A DNA stretch of 64,000 bases, from the NCBI RefSeq assembly GCF_006345805.1, contig NC_042997.1, forward strand, positions 160,084,001-160,148,000, written 5' to 3'. This DNA comes from Octopus sinensis (lineage: Eukaryota). Made by a program: the position numbers and the translations under genes. A model generated the notes under the pieces. It searched no databases. It had not been told where the DNA came from and saw only the letters and a program-made list of their open reading frames with translations. Positions 12,563 to 27,136 of this stretch are shown one piece after another (the stretch's first letter is position 1; every line of letters begins with the position of its first letter).

Positions 12563-13068
12563 TAAAAGAGTTGCTGGTGGAATGAGAGTTACTACGAGGA
12601 TGAGGGACAGTATTTACTTTCTTTTAATTCATTATCACGAACATTCACAAACTCTTAAAAACACAGTCATAATTAGATCCGTCTATTTATCTGTTTAATC
12701 GATATGTGAGTGTCGATTGTGTAAGTGTCGATTGTGTACGTGTTTTAGTGTGTTTGGTTAGAAACGAGCGAAAAAGCCTTCAATAAATAATTTATATTTG
12801 TTCCATTGTTATTCGGAGTATCCCACTCTATCGCATATGATTTTTAATATTTGATGAGTTGTCAGGCATAAATCCGCTACTTAGTTCAATAATTCACCAT
12901 CGATAAGATTAAAACAATACTAGATATATCTTAGATAGATAGATAGATAGGAATAAAAGAAACCCGGACTGCTTGCATATATGCGTATGTTTATATATTA
13001 AATGCCTATAATTACGTGTACCTACCAAAGTCTTTATCAATGTGTGTGTGAGAGATAGATAGATAGAT

Positions 13069-13117
<49 letters not shown>

Positions 13118-13775
13118 GAGGTGACTACGGAAGTGGAAAGTTGATATAATAAAAAAAAATATATAAAAACTAATCGACAAATGAACAGCAAAAACGGGAA
13201 AGAAAATCCTTTGTCAGTTGTGTCTGGACAGAGTGTGCTTGTGTCAACATATTTACTTTTAAAGCAAGGGTAACTATGGAAATAAGGTTGTTGTCGAAGC
13301 CTGGCATGACCAACTCAAGTGACCCCTGACTGAAGGACAGTCAAATAGGTTTTGCTGGTTAATTAAATTTATTAATTAACTTTTTGCTCAGAGGTTTCGC
13401 TGGTCGGGTCAACATCGGACTTGCTCTGCCCCATCCAACACTGACACCGACCTTGCCCCTACAGAAATAAATACAGACATACAAGAGACACAAACACCCC
13501 AGACATCACCCCATGAAAAGAGTTGTTCCATTTCTCATAACGTCTTAATTAAAGAACTAGCAAAGGAAATCAAGAGTTTAAAAGAAATAATGAAAGTAGA
13601 TGCTTCGGTTTGTCAGGGGTGTCCCTCACAAATGAGATATGCTGTCGTGAGCTGAGAGCACCTTCATAGACTTAGGGAGAAGTCTGACGAGAAGGTGTAT
13701 GTGATATACAAGGAGATAGACATTGACAGGTTTCCACCATCGGTGAGTTTGAAAGATATTTTAATTTCAAAAAAT

Positions 13776-14400
13776 ATATTTCTTTTCATTACATGTTTTT
13801 GGTAATTTCTGGTGGGGAGGCTTTGAACTTGTGCTGCAATTAAAAATCCCTCTGTCTCTGCTTTGAGTCCTGAGCTTCTCAACCATTGCTGGGATTTCTC
13901 TTTGTCTATTTCTTTTGCGTTTAGTTTAGGCCAATATTTACCATGAAGGGGCTTTTCTTGCCATCGTTTTATCATGGTTCGTTGCTGTTCTGTTTTTAGT
14001 TTGGATTTCATTTGTTTTATAGCTTTTGTTGTTTCTTCATTTTCTTCTTCATATTTATTAGGTGGTATGATTTCTTGTTTGTATTTGTCAGCTTCCTTAA
14101 ATACTGAGAACATTTTTTTGTTTTGCTCGTGTTTTGCCGCTATTTGTATCAGTTTTCCTTCCTTCTGAAGTAGATATTTTTGCAGTCCTATGGTGGTTAT
14201 TTTATAGTAGTTTTCCAGCTGTATAAGGCCTCTACCACGTTCTATACGTTGTATATATAGTTTTTCTATGTCAAATTTTGGGTGATGCATCCTAGATCCT
14301 GTCATTATTTTTCTTGTTTTCCTATCTATTTTGGACAGTTCATTTCGTGTCCAGTTAAGGATATTGTAGCTGTAACTTATAACTGGGGCAGCTAAAGTGT
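13776..14400 (-). mobile_element. R4/Dong-clade fragment, subfamily B (thumb to pre-zinc-knuckle)
   Basis: MHHPKFDIEKLY...GRGLIQLE...WQEKPLHGKYW...WLRSSGLKAETEGFLIAAQ; nearly identical in the overlap to 59061-59290. Confidence 0.9.
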
Positions 14401-14419
14401 TATTATTTTTATTATTATT

Positions 14420-15590
14420 CTATGTTTGACTTTTGCTTTATGTCTGTACAAGTTGGCTCCAAGTCTCACCCAGAGACCTCAAGAGACAACAGGTTGGAAG
14501 TTCTGTGCCATATATTTGGGGTTTTGTTTTTTGGTGTTGTACTAGTGAATGTCTAATGCATAAAAATAAAATTTAAAAAATAAATAAATAAATAAAATAA
14601 AATAAAATAAAATAAATAAATAAATAAATAAAAGTTTGTTTTAAACCTTGGGATTACATAGAGAGTATTTTGCGTAGGATATGAGCAGTTCCTATGAGCA
14701 CTATCTTTTGAATTTCTGCCATTTTGGGGTTTCCTGGTATCTGAGTTAGGTAGCAATTAGTCCCTTTCGCTATCATTCCCAGGGCACCTATGACAACAGG
14801 TATTGTTTTAGTCTTCAGCTTCCACATTTTGCTGATTTCTATTTCAAGATCTTTATATTTGCTCAGTTTTTGGTAGGTCTTGACAGATACGTTTATATCG
14901 ATTGGGACAGTCATATCAATGAGGAGGCATGTTCTTTGTCTGAAGTCTTTCAATATGATGTCTGGCCTATTTCCATCTATCTTCCTGTCAGTTTGAATGG
15001 TGAAGTTCCAGAGGAGTCAGATGTGGTCATTTTCAAGCACTGGAGGTGGATTGTGTTCCCACCAGTTTTTTTCATGGGGCAAATCCAGGTTTTTGCAAAT
15101 TACCCAGTGAATATATTGTGCAGCTCTATCATGCCTGTTGAGGTACTCTGTAGGCGCTAGAAGACTGCATTTGGAGACAACATGATCAATGGTTTTCATT
15201 TTGTTGTCGGCATACACGACATGTTGGGCTACTGCCGTTCTTTAATATGTTGGCCTGGTAGTTTCTTGTTTGGTAGGCATTGATCTTGAGCTGCTATGAT
15301 AAACCCCTCTGTTTCAGATTTTAAGCCAAGGCCATTAGCCATTGAGGGTCAGGGCTTTGTCAATATCTGCATTATTCGCTCTCTTTGGGTTTTGCCATAG
15401 AGAGGTTTTTCTTGCCATTTATTATTCAGAATATCCAAGGCCACAGTTTTGACACGGGTTTTCATGGCTTAGCTTTTTCTGTGCTTGTTTCTGTATGTCT
15501 ATCTCTAATCCGAAATTGTTTGTATTCGGAATTCACTTAGATATTCCTTTGCCCGTTTTGTGACTGAGTATGATGCTTCCATTTTTCATG
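14420..15590 (-). mobile_element. R4/Dong-clade 3' fragment, subfamily A (CCHC knuckle + restriction-like endonuclease + 3' UTR)
   Basis: CR..C...TIDHVVSKC...RHD, RPDIILKD...LIDMTVP, KLSKYKDL and IPVVIGALG motifs. The 3' UTR ends in an (AAT)n tail at 14419-14400. Confidence 0.92.
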
Positions 15591-15615
15591 TTCAAAAAAA
15601 AAAAGCAAGTTAAGG

Positions 15616-16290
15616 TTGACCCACCCTCCAGAAGATATTATGGAAAGCATGAAGAAGAAAACGATCATCATAGAACATTATCAACAGCAGCAAAAAAGAT
15701 TAGAGATGACATCCAAGGATACCATCGAAAAAGGTTCACGCCAAATATGTGTACGAAACAAAGTTCATAAACAGAAGGAAACGTTTTGGTACGGTAGATG
15801 TGAGATTTGCATCCGAAAAGGATTGACTACACCTCTAAAGTCAGCAGAATTGCTGCTACAGCTTTTACTTACGCACTCGGTAGATTCGGTTACCTCCAAA
15901 ATTAGAAATGGGGAGGTGTCTCACCAGAGATAAAGCAGTAGATTATGTGATGTGACAGATATGAAAGGCAAAGTCGACCTCGGCGGAATTTGAACTCAGA
16001 ACGTAGCGACAGACGAAATACTGCTAAGCATTTCGCCCGGCATACTAACGTTCTTCCAGCTCGCCACCTTAACCAGTAAGGTTAATCGTTACATCAAAGT
16101 GGCTGTTCCATGATCCTACTTGTTTAACTCCCGACAGATCTCCCGCCAGCTGGTTATTGATCCAGTCTGCACCCTGTAAATTATTGCTAGCAGGGGAGCA
16201 ACCTCCTACGATCCCTAGCAGACAGCAGGATCGCGAGACTGACACAGTTTCGAGTATTGGAGCCGCGCACCCCTCTTTTGTTGCAAGTAG
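15616..16290 (+). mobile_element. Probable L1/Tx1 ORF1 remnant interrupted by a SINE
   Basis: A-rich reading frames (FINRR.RFGTVDVRF, SKIRNGEVS) followed by a degenerate knuckle-like stretch after the SINE. Family recognition only. Confidence 0.35.
15962..16070 (-). mobile_element. SINE family 1, 5' part
   Basis: tgaaaggcaaagtcgacctcggcggaatttgaactcagaacg...ccagctcgccacctt is the reverse complement of the family head. Confidence 0.88.
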
Positions 16291-16430
16291 AAATAACTGA
16301 GTCACTTGGGTAAAATATTTCTTCTCCCTCTTAAAAATTCTACCAACCTTTAAATTCTGATTAAATATAGACTATTCTGGTAAATTCATTCAGTCTACTG
16401 AAATAATAGCAAATATATATATATATATAT

Positions 16431-16578
16431 ACGACGGTCTTCTTTCAGTTTCCGTCTACCAAATCTACTCACAAGGGTTTGGTCAGCCCGAGGCTTTAGA
16501 AGACAGCTGCTCATGGTACTGAACACGGAACCATTTGGTTGGTAAGCAAGCTACTTACCCACAGCCACGCCTGTGCCT
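16431..16578 (-). mobile_element. SINE family 2, internally deleted
   Basis: Minus strand aggcacaggcgtggctgtgggtaag...ggttccgtgttcag (Pol III-like boxes), with tail gtagacggaaactgaaagaagaccgtcgt running into (TA)n. Confidence 0.7.
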
Positions 16579-18852
16579 GTAATGCTCGTAACGTTAAATT
16601 AGCACCTTCATACATAGAGCAATCATCAGATTTGAAATTTGTTTAACTGACAGTTGGGTTCCTGACAACTTTATTACCTCTTAGAACTTTCCAGCAAGCT
16701 GAATTTTTAGAATATGATTTTGTCCAATCCGCATGCAGCTTTGGCATCCCAGTTTGCCAGGCGTACCGATATTCTGTAATTTGTTTATATTCATATGCTA
16801 GAGATACTTTTTAATCTATATCATTAACTGGTAAACGATAGCAAATTAAACTATTGACAAAATGTGCAAGGTAAAAATAAGGAAAAGAGGAAATAAACAA
16901 TTAGCAAGTTACACAATAACAAGTAAGCTAATGGCACAATTTAGATTTCGTCACATAAAACTAGCACACAGTAGTTATGTCAATATAATCGACCCCAGTG
17001 TATGCTCATGTTTCTGGTCTAGTACCTACATTAGAAACTATTATTTTCTAGTCTACTGTAAAATTATAAATTAGTGTGTATGAGTCTTGCTTACTTGCAA
17101 GCACGCACACGTTGCTAACTCTCTATTTCTTTTTCCTCTCTCTTCTCTTCTGCCTACCTCCTCCTTTTTCTCTCAATTTTCTCTTATTCAGCTCGTCTTT
17201 CTTTATCTCTTTCCTCTCTCCACCCATCTCTTTTTCTCTATTTTCTTCACTCCTTTTCTCTCTCCCCGCCGCCATTCTCTCTCCCTCCTGCTCTTTCTCC
17301 CCGTCTCTCTGTCTGTCTCGCTTGAACGCTCTCGCTTTCTTCATATATGATATAAAGTAATACCAAATAATTAATAAATACAGCTCAGAAGCAGTGCCTT
17401 CTCATTGTTACTAGGAGACAATTTTTAAAATGTGTTGCTAAGTAAAAACGTTTTTAAGTTGATTAAACAAAATACAATATTCTGAAGGACAATAAAAATG
17501 ACTATTCTGTATTTCAACGAACTTATAGATATAATAGCAGAAAAGTTATTTCATTAACTAAATCCAGAAATGGTATGAGGTGTGAAAGTTAGTGATGGAA
17601 ATATAAACTGTAGCGAAATTGTGAGAGATGATTGTGCTGTTGTACGAGACAAACAACCAGAATATCGTAACAAATGAGCAGAGCAGATTAAGAAGTTATG
17701 TATGTACACTATGCTATCTACGTTGATTAGAATAGAATTATATCACAGTGATCATATTTGCGTGGTTAAGAAATCCTCTTTGTAATCACATTGTCCCGAG
17801 TTTAATCTCACGGTACGGTATCCTAAATACGTAGATGGTATTCTGCCATCTACGTTGAATAGAAGGAAAATTACAATAGAGTGCCGTCATAGTTGGGTAA
17901 AGAGTTTCAGTTCATAACCGTGCTGTCCCATGTTTAATCTCAATGATACGCTAAAATGTGTTTCCAACCATTTTTCTTGGGCTAAAACCAAGAGTTTATG
18001 AGAGAAGTTATTAAGCAGAAAATTTGTGGAAACACAACGATGTGAAACCACTCTCTGGTCGTTCGACCCTCTACAAAGAGCATTCAAAACGCATTGAAAT
18101 GATACCCTCATGATAAGGAAGTTACTCGTTGATAATATATTTAGTTGAGAACAATAAACTAGACGAGGTAATTACGGTGGAAATGTCTCGATTAAAGTTA
18201 ACCTCATCCCCAACAGCAACTACAATAATATATAATTTAAGAGCAAATTATTCTGAAAGTAATATATGGATAGAAATGTCAAAAACACGGAAATATTACT
18301 GTGCAGCTGCGATCATGGAAACACTAAGAATAAGTAGAAATGAAACGAAAAAACGGCATGGAGGGGCGATGCATACCCTGGGCGAAGATACATTTTTTCG
18401 CAAATTGTAATGTGGTTTACCTATGCCTTTTAATTGAACTGAATTAAGCTCTGTAAGTGTTGATTAAGAGGATTAGAAGCCTAAAGAGATGACAGCTGGA
18501 AGTAGACTTGATCGATGTCTACGCCAAACGCTTATGATGTGAGGCCATGTGCCTCGTGAAAGGGAATGCGGTATTAAGCTGCAACACAACCTAGAGCATT
18601 TATACTACGGATACTTGAGTGCTAAGTAGTAGGTATGAATTTTCACCCGAATGAAGTTACCGACAGCTGCTTCAAGAGGTATCCATCATTGCCACATCTA
18701 TGTAAAAAAATGAAGATCTCGAGCGGTAATGGAAAGCCATAACCATTCAGTTTATGCTTAAGCAATGGCATTGATCAAAATTAAGTTGCAGTCATCAAGT
18801 ATGTACATACGTACATTCTTGATGACTGTTTCTTTCTTTGTATGCATGTATG

Positions 18853-18905
<53 letters not shown>

Positions 18906-19881
18906 CACACGCACAAAGACACTCGTAGCAGTAACACCTAGTATCGCTGGGGTTTATATTATAAAAAAGGATCAGAAACAGTTACAAAACGTGAGGCCAT
19001 ATCCTTAAAGTGATTTGTCCTTACGCGTATTTGATGTACCAAGATCTAAAACTGTAGCCTACAATTTCAAGCATCGATACAAAACATAATACATACATAC
19101 ATACATACATACATCATACATACATACATACATACATACATACATGCATACATGCATACATGCATACATACATACATACAACAGAAATGCATTATTTCTT
19201 GCCAATAACAACATAATTATCCAGATTCTTTGATTATTTTCTTTCTTCTATTTGGAAAGAGACATCATTTCCGAAATTTTAAGATCATTAAACATCCTGG
19301 TGAGTAAGAGAATATCTTTCCTCGTTGTTTTCTTTATTGACATCAACTTATATTATTTGTCTAAATTATCATCTACATTAATCAAAGTTTACTTCAAACG
19401 TTCATATAATTTACGAAAACGAACATTACACTACTTCAAGCAAATTCAAACAATAGCTTTTTGATTTTTAATTGCTTTAGCTACTTATATATAACGTACT
19501 TAATATATCATAGTATTAATTTATCGTTATATCTTATAAGCTGCTTTCAATTTTGGCGTTCACTGTCAACGTTATTTTTGATGTGGGCGATTCTTTCTCG
19601 TCTTGGGATTCACGGTTAAAACGGCTGGGTGAAATTGCGCGAAAATTACACAGATGTGTAGAATGATCCGGGGGGGTTGATGGGTTTTGTATTTTTTCAT
19701 AGTTCCCATAGTTACCGAGATAATCTGCTATAATAATACTCTTGTGTTTATGAATGAGAAAGGAAGGGGGGTGATAGAGGAATAAGGAAGGAAGGCGTGA
19801 TGTCAAATTTTATATGTATGTATGTATGTATTGTATGTATGTAAGTATGTATGTATGTATGTGTGCATGCATGTAATATAC

Positions 19882-19920
<39 letters not shown>

Positions 19921-20273
19921 GTTTTTGTTTCATATATATACTTCCATTTTTGTGTGAATTTATTTTTTCAGCGTTTCATCATCTATGTGAATATGTGTGT
20001 GTATGTAAAGGGGGTATGTGAATGTGTGGTCTGTCTGTGTGCGTGTATGTTTGCTGAAACCTTCGAGTTACCACTGCTATCGGCAACTTAACATTTTCAT
20101 TGATTTGTTTTTTCTTTTTTTTTTAATTATTGTTTTCTTTTCAAATATTTTGTTTATGTTTAACCTTTATTTTTGGTGTTTGAATACAAAGATGAGGTAT
20201 ATATTTAGAAGATAGAAGGTTTTACAGCAACATCAACCAATCTACCCGGTGTGAAACCAGGAAAAACTGCTAG

Positions 20274-20319
<46 letters not shown>

Positions 20320-20913
20320 TATGTATATATATGTATATGTATATAATATATATATGTATGTATATATATATGTATTATATATATATAGATATTATATATA
20401 TATATATATATATATGCATATATATATCATTCAACCACGGTAGTGGTTGAATATATTCCTAAGTCCACCATTTTGTCAACCGCTTCCAAGCTTCACCACT
20501 AATTCAGTTCTCAGTTAAATTGCAAACTGCATCCTTAGCTACACTTTGGCATCCTTAGCTACACTAATTGCATCCTTAGCTACACTTTGGCATAAATAGT
20601 TTGAGATTTGGTTCAGTAGAAAAAAAGTTACATCAAAATATCTGCGACCTCAAGCGGGATAGTAAGGCACCTATTCCCTTCAAGAACATAAACTTTTAAA
20701 TTTTAAATTAAAAGTATACCCTTCTTAGGCTAGAAAATGATAGAAAATGCATGAAGAATTCAGACTCATATTCGCATTGAAACAAAATTTAGTAGAAAAA
20801 GACTCATGAGAGGTAAAATGTTCCGAAATATTCTGTCAGTGAGTGAGTAAGGGAGTAACGCCTCAGCTATAACAATAAGGAATGCATTTCTAAAAACAAT
20901 TACTCGATTTTAT

Positions 20914-21030
20914 GAGGCAGGACCTGGCAGAAACGTTAGAGCGCCGGCTGGCTGAAACACTGAACTTTCTTTCGTCTGTCTATGCGTTTTTGATCAAATT
21001 TCGTCATGGTCCGACTTTGACGTTATAGAT
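20914..21030 (+). mobile_element. SINE family 1, highly diverged
   Basis: gaggcaggacctggcagaaacgttagagcgccgg ... tcaaatttcgtcatggtccgactttg. Confidence 0.6.
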
Positions 21031-21211
21031 TATTACAGAAAACGGTATTTCGTCGAGGTTGACTTGAGGAAAATTTTGGGGGAAAACTTACAAACAACGG
21101 TTTCCAAAGATTTTTTGGGGGGAAAATTTTCAAAATTTTCAAAAAGTTTTAAAAAAATTTCAAAAACATTTTCAAAAAAGAGAATGACTCTCCCCAGACA
21201 GCACAGTCTAG

Positions 21212-21255
<44 letters not shown>

Positions 21256-21959
21256 TAATTTAAAGTGAAGGGGTATATGTATGAGTTTGAATAAGTATAT
21301 ATGCGTAAAACACAGACACAGTGTATATAACATATGTAATATTTTCGATAGGCTTAATAAAATATTCGTGATAAAACCAATGAGTTATAGCACTTCTCCG
21401 TACACTACACTCCAAAGTTAACGCATGAGAGAAGAATTATGTATTTTTACACGATCAGCTAAGAGTTATAGTTATGTAGACTCTAATGATCATACACTAC
21501 GGATAAAATGTTAAACGATAGGAACATTATTTGTGGAATGATTTATTTCAACATCTTTACACGTTTCTCTGTGACAGTTAATTAATAATTAGTGTGAAAA
21601 AGCTTTACTCGTTAAAGTCACATCTTCAGCCTTATATGGAATGAAGATTGTGTATAAATGATCATTATTGAGATCTGACCAGCAATTTTTAATCAGAACT
21701 ACATAAGAGAAAACTAAAAGCTGCCATCAAGTTAACACCATGTTTAAAGATCGTGGTAAATAAAATGATGTTATTAGAATGACTTGAATAAACAGGTTGT
21801 CCGATTAATTTATCATTGATTGTTATAGCAGTCACAAAACAATCATAGATAAAATTAAATTATAACTGCAAATACTGGACGAGCGATTTTAGCCGGGGTG
21901 ATACAAAACCATCCGATTTAGCAGTTTTGTTCCAGCTTGGTTTATTTGTAGATAACGTC

Positions 21960-22300
21960 AAATGACTAACGACTGTGTTTACTGGCTATAGGGAAAATCT
22001 TTCTTTCAGCCTCTCAAAAAAAGGTTTTTCACTGTGAAGTCTCTAAAAACTGTAACTTTACTCCTTTCAGGGTCCAGACAATAAAGCACCAGGCGTGTAC
22101 TGGAGTCGATTCGATCGACTAAAGCCTCTCAACGTAAAATGACTAACGACGTGTTTACTGCTATAGGGAAAACTTTTTCAGCCTCTCAAAAAAAAGTTTT
22201 TTTTTCACTGTGAAGTCTTCTAAAAACTGTACCTTTACTCCTTCAGGTCCAGAAAATAAGCACCAGTGTGTCTGGAGTCGATCGATCGACTCAAGCCTCC
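21960..22300. repeat. Tandem duplication, ~177-bp unit x2, containing a SINE 3' segment
   Basis: aaatgactaacgac recurs at 21960 and 22137; the copies differ mostly by 1-nt indels. Confidence 0.92.
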
Positions 22301-22912
22301 CTAAAATCCAAACCATGAGTATACAGTAGAAAAGATTGTTATTTAAATAGAGAGTTATCTCCCTTTCACCTTCAATCTATGAAAGTGTATTTTTATTGCA
22401 TTGATAGGATGTTGCTTAAATGTTCAAAAGTTTTGACATGCTCTAATCCTACTACTTGCAAAGTTGACCAAGGCATATAGCTCTTACTATAGCGCCTAGT
22501 AATTATTTTTTTTGTTTTATCCATAAGAACGTTGTCACTACTCTTTTCTTTGTTGCCTATTCCCCGTATTTAAAATAGAGCCAAAGAAAGGACTTATTAT
22601 TTGTTAATGTCTCTGAAAAGTCGGGAAGATCATGACTGAGCATATGTCTACATCAACAGGCTGTTGGCCTGGAATATACTACATCAATGACGCGTACGGT
22701 AATAAAGGTTAGAAAGGCCATTGAGAATTGACTTTGCATTAATTTCCCCCATTATTTTCATGTAGTAACAGCAAAATTGAAAGAACCGATTGTAATGAAA
22801 TTTCTAGAATAGTGAACTGCGATACATACATACATACATACATACATATATTATTATTATTATTATTATTATTATTGTTATCATTATTATTATATTATTA
22901 TTATTATTATTA

Positions 22913-22974
<62 letters not shown>

Positions 22975-24282
22975 TTCTGACGGATCTTATTATGCAGTAT
23001 CCTAGCTATTAACACCACATCATCAGTAAAAATATCGTGATGGCTTTTTTCGGACAACCAGCTTACGATGTGGATGATATCTTTGGCGTTCACTTCACAA
23101 AATCTCTATCGAGTATGAAATGTTGCTGCTTTTTCCTGCGACTCTGTTACATTTGTGCATCAGGTATTGGTTGATATGTATGTATGTATGTAAGTATTAT
23201 GTATGTATGTATGTATGTATGTATGTATGAATTGTGCGGAGGAAGAACTGCTTCAAGAATGAAAAACACAATACAACTGTTGAGTAATAATATATTCTGT
23301 ATATTGAAAATTTCAGTGCGCGCGCAAACACTCACGCACGCACGCACACATACACACACACACACAGACTCACACACGCACGCACACACACACACACACA
23401 CTCAAGTCTTTGTGTGAGAGAGTATGAATGTACATACCTTGAGGAGTAGTGTATATTCTTGAACCGGTGTTCAAGATAATGTACCACAAAGGCTGGTCAC
23501 ACTAATTAGTATGACATTTTTCTATGATGAATCAACTTGTATCAGGGATTCTATTGAACTGGAATATGAACTGGTGAAAGCTAGAACTAAGATGACATAA
23601 AAAATATATATCAAAGCGCAGGTAATGTATTCTTCGTTTGGTTGAACTTGTGTGAATACTGGAGTATAAACTGTTATTGAAATATATGTAGCATGTATAT
23701 ATGTATGTTTGCATGTATATCTAAATATCTATATCTATATATATATAAGAGAGTTTAAGTGTGTGTGTGTGTGCGCGTATGTTCTTCGTGTATTCGAAAA
23801 CTGAGTTGCCGATGTTGACGTATGGGGTATCTAAAGATTCAGTTTTTTTTCCGGCTATCAAATAATCTTTATTTTCGTTTACATATTTAAATCACAAAAA
23901 TTTTAAATTATAATCTTTAGCGGTGGTGCCGCAGTATGGCCGTGGCCTTCGGGCTAAAACATTTATAAGGATTTTAAGGATTTAAGTGAAATATCGTAAA
24001 CGACATTTTATTCCATGACGACGACGACGTCACATTTTCTATATGAGTGTATGTGTCTGTCAGTGTGTGTGTTTGCGCGTTCATCACCTAGGTTAGGCCG
24101 ATGACTGACAAGTATGTGTGTGGTGGTGTATGTGTCTGTTAGTAGAGGATCGGTCATATTGTAATTTTTTACAATTCACATTCGCCCAAATTCACCCTAC
24201 TCTCTAATTTGTGTATTGAAAGCAGAGTGCATATCAAAGAAATTGTTATATACATACATACGCACATTCATTCATACATATA

Positions 24283-24894
24283 TTGGCAACTGTTCAATGG
24301 GCACGGCGTGACAATAAATCCACGATCCGATCATCGCTAGATCGCGATGGGCATTTGATAATTGATGCGAAACAGATGTGTGCGGCTTTTCAGCGGCATT
24401 TTACTCAACTGTTCGGAAGCATCGGTGAGCCGAGTCGCAGGATGGATTTCTCATCCTACTTCGACGAGCTTCCGCGGCTCTCAGCAGAGGCGGGGGAGAG
24501 CTGCGAAAGGCCGATAATAGCCTTTGAAATACGTGAAGCAATGGCTAGCTGCAAGAGGGGTAAATTGCCTAGTTTTGCTGGTCTGCCCTACAAGGTTTAT
24601 GCTTACATGTCAGACTTGCTAGGTGACCTCTTGGCAAACGTTTACTGCAGCTGGCAACAGAATGAGAACATTCGTAGTTTTGTGTACCGACAAGCAATGG
24701 AGTTGCTGAGTAAAGACCCGAACAAGGGGGAATTTAGACCCATTACTCTGCTAAATACAGAGTTCAAAATTTGGCCAAGGTATTATCTACGAGTTTGGCG
24801 CTTGTCGTCGGTGATCTGGTCAAGGAGGCATAGACATACGCCATCCCGAAAAGATCCATCCACGATAACCTCCACTTCATGCGATACATGGTGA
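24283..24894 (+). mobile_element. L1/Tx1-like ORF2 fragment, same family as 3694-6345
   Basis: QMCAAFQRHF, GLPYKVY, RPITLLNTEFKI, then (frameshifted) AIPKRSIHDNLHFMRY. Confidence 0.88.
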
Positions 24895-25929
24895 AAAAAA
24901 CAAAAAAAGCATTTCAAGGATTTCTGCCCGCGCAGATAAAAGTGATAATGAACACCCTGCTGCAGACACCTCTACCATAACAATAACAACAGCAACAGAA
25001 ACAACAGGAGTATCAACAACAGCAATAACGCCTACATCACCAGTAATAAAAAATGAGTGTCGTACGTCAAAGCAACAGCACCATTAACAGAGGGAGTAAC
25101 AGGAGAAATCTATTCACCAACATAAGCAGCAAGCACGTGCACTATTACCGAGAAAAACAAAACAACACTTCCACATCGTAACACTGAGAAGTCTCACCCA
25201 CTCCAACTGACCAGATCATTGGCCTAGAAATGCTATCACAGATGTAGCCAATGCTAAAACAAGACATTGCTACAGCATTTTCGATCAGCCCTTGAAAGCC
25301 CTTTCATGGCTCAGAGGCCATTTAAGATCACATACTGGGAAAGACGTATTGCAAGTGCAGGAGGAATGCAAGCTCTGCAAGAAACAGACAGCCACTATAT
25401 GTATATCAGAGATGTCATGTGGGTAATTTGGTTGAAACTTGGAGAATGATTAAAATTTCAAAAGTAATTGTTCAGTAGAAAGCTGTAATTTTAGTGTTTA
25501 TGTATACTATAAGGATAGTTTGTTGTGATGGGTTAGAAGTAGATGAAATAATGTCATTTTGAACATTAGAAAAATATTTTGCCTTGAAGGACAGTATGTC
25601 GTAAATCTTCTAAGAAGCAAATATATTTCTCTATATATTTGTAGTTTTAGTACCCACCATAAAATATAATACATCGTGTAAAATATAGATATTAAAAGAA
25701 CATCTCGTAACATCTATTACAGAGAAATCTTTGGACAAGGAGAAAAACTATGAGTAAGAATGAAATGCTGGATTAATGTTGCCGTGGAGTGTCAGGTAGT
25801 TAACGGTTTATATGCAAAAGATTTTTTAGTTGCCAAAATATTTGAAGGAATTCGGAATATTTTATGGAAGCTGAGTCTAAATGTAACTGCATTTTCGTAA
25901 CATTGACTCTTGCTTTTGATTTAATGGAT

Positions 25930-26330
25930 ACACTCAAAATGATTTTAATCCCATTTAACGATCAGTTGCTTAGAAGTATTGAAGGAATAATTTTATCTTA
26001 GCATCCAGACTAGTTGATTTATACATGAAGTTAAAATAAAAACTTATTGATCAAGAGTGGAGGAACTTCTTCCTTACTTCTGCCAAGATACAGAACTTAA
26101 ACTTGAAAAATTCTTTGCAGCAAAATCGTAACTGTTATTCATCAACTTTACTTACTCGTCCAGTAACACTCAAAGAAGAATATAAAAAATGTCAAAATAG
26201 TCTTATATGGGTCTCTTATCATGATCAGAAATATTTTACGTGTCGACCAGTAGATATTGAAATTTTTGCATTGAAAAATATTAAAGTGTATATTTCATCT
26301 ACTTATAGAATAATAGAACAAAGTAAGATC
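25930..26330 (+). mobile_element. Possible Chapaev3-like (CMC) transposase core remnant
   Basis: LASRL...; PVTLKEEY...SYHDQKYFTC resembles the LKExYExxxxxLxxIxYxxHxWxIC block. Recognised from memory only. Confidence 0.4.
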
Positions 26331-27136
26331 ATTAGAAAATAGTGAAATAGACTTTAAGGGAAAACACAACTGTAGGTGCTGTACACATAATACAAGAGAC
26401 GTTGGCTGGCAAATATAAAATATGTCTATCACCACTCCTTATGAAGATGAAACTTATGAAGGCTTTGGAAGAGAACGGTGATTGCTCCAAATATATTGAT
26501 TGACAATTACTTGCACTTTGTACTGACAAACTGAAAAAGTAATCTTTGATATTTGATGGTCTTGAGATTTGTAAACTGATCAAAGATTTGAATTTTACGA
26601 AATTTATGAATCATGCTGCAGATGTGGCTAGGTTCACTTTTATTCTTAGCAATCAAGAAGTGTTTGAGTAACCATAAAGTAACGTTTTAGTGTTTTATCA
26701 TGTAATAATGATTACATCAATATACCAACTTTATTTTTTCATGCTGTTCTGTAGGATTTTGTATTTCAGGAATTTCTTTGAAAAGCGATTTGAAGACTTT
26801 GTAGTTTTTATTCAATAAGGAACAAACATCTGTTACGTCTTTGAGCCAAGTACAATCTCAGTAGTTCACATGTATTCTTTAAGCAAAGTTGCCATCAGTT
26901 AACATCTTCAAGTTTGTAGGTGCTGTTCTTCAACCAGTCTGTAATGGATAGCCACCGGTTTTATTTCTTCAAATTTTTCTACATCTCTTATCGTCATTAC
27001 CATTCTCCTTGTCGTGATCCCTATTACCATCACTTTATTTAGCGGAGAGAAACTATTATACTGTATTTTACAAAAGTAACATCTTTAAACTGCACCTGTT
27101 CTACCGTACGTGCGTGAGATAATGTTTTGCGGTAAT

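Noticed and set aside
16660-16775. Minus-strand YRYAWQTGMPKLHADW, vaguely CTLD-like, with AG/GT borders
   Set aside because: No conserved cysteine spacing or WND motif, a weak polypyrimidine tract and no partner exon.
25300-25450. HLRSHTG followed by CKLCKK, resembling a C2H2 linker
   Set aside because: Spacing does not form a finger and stops follow; at most a decayed transposase Cys-rich tail.
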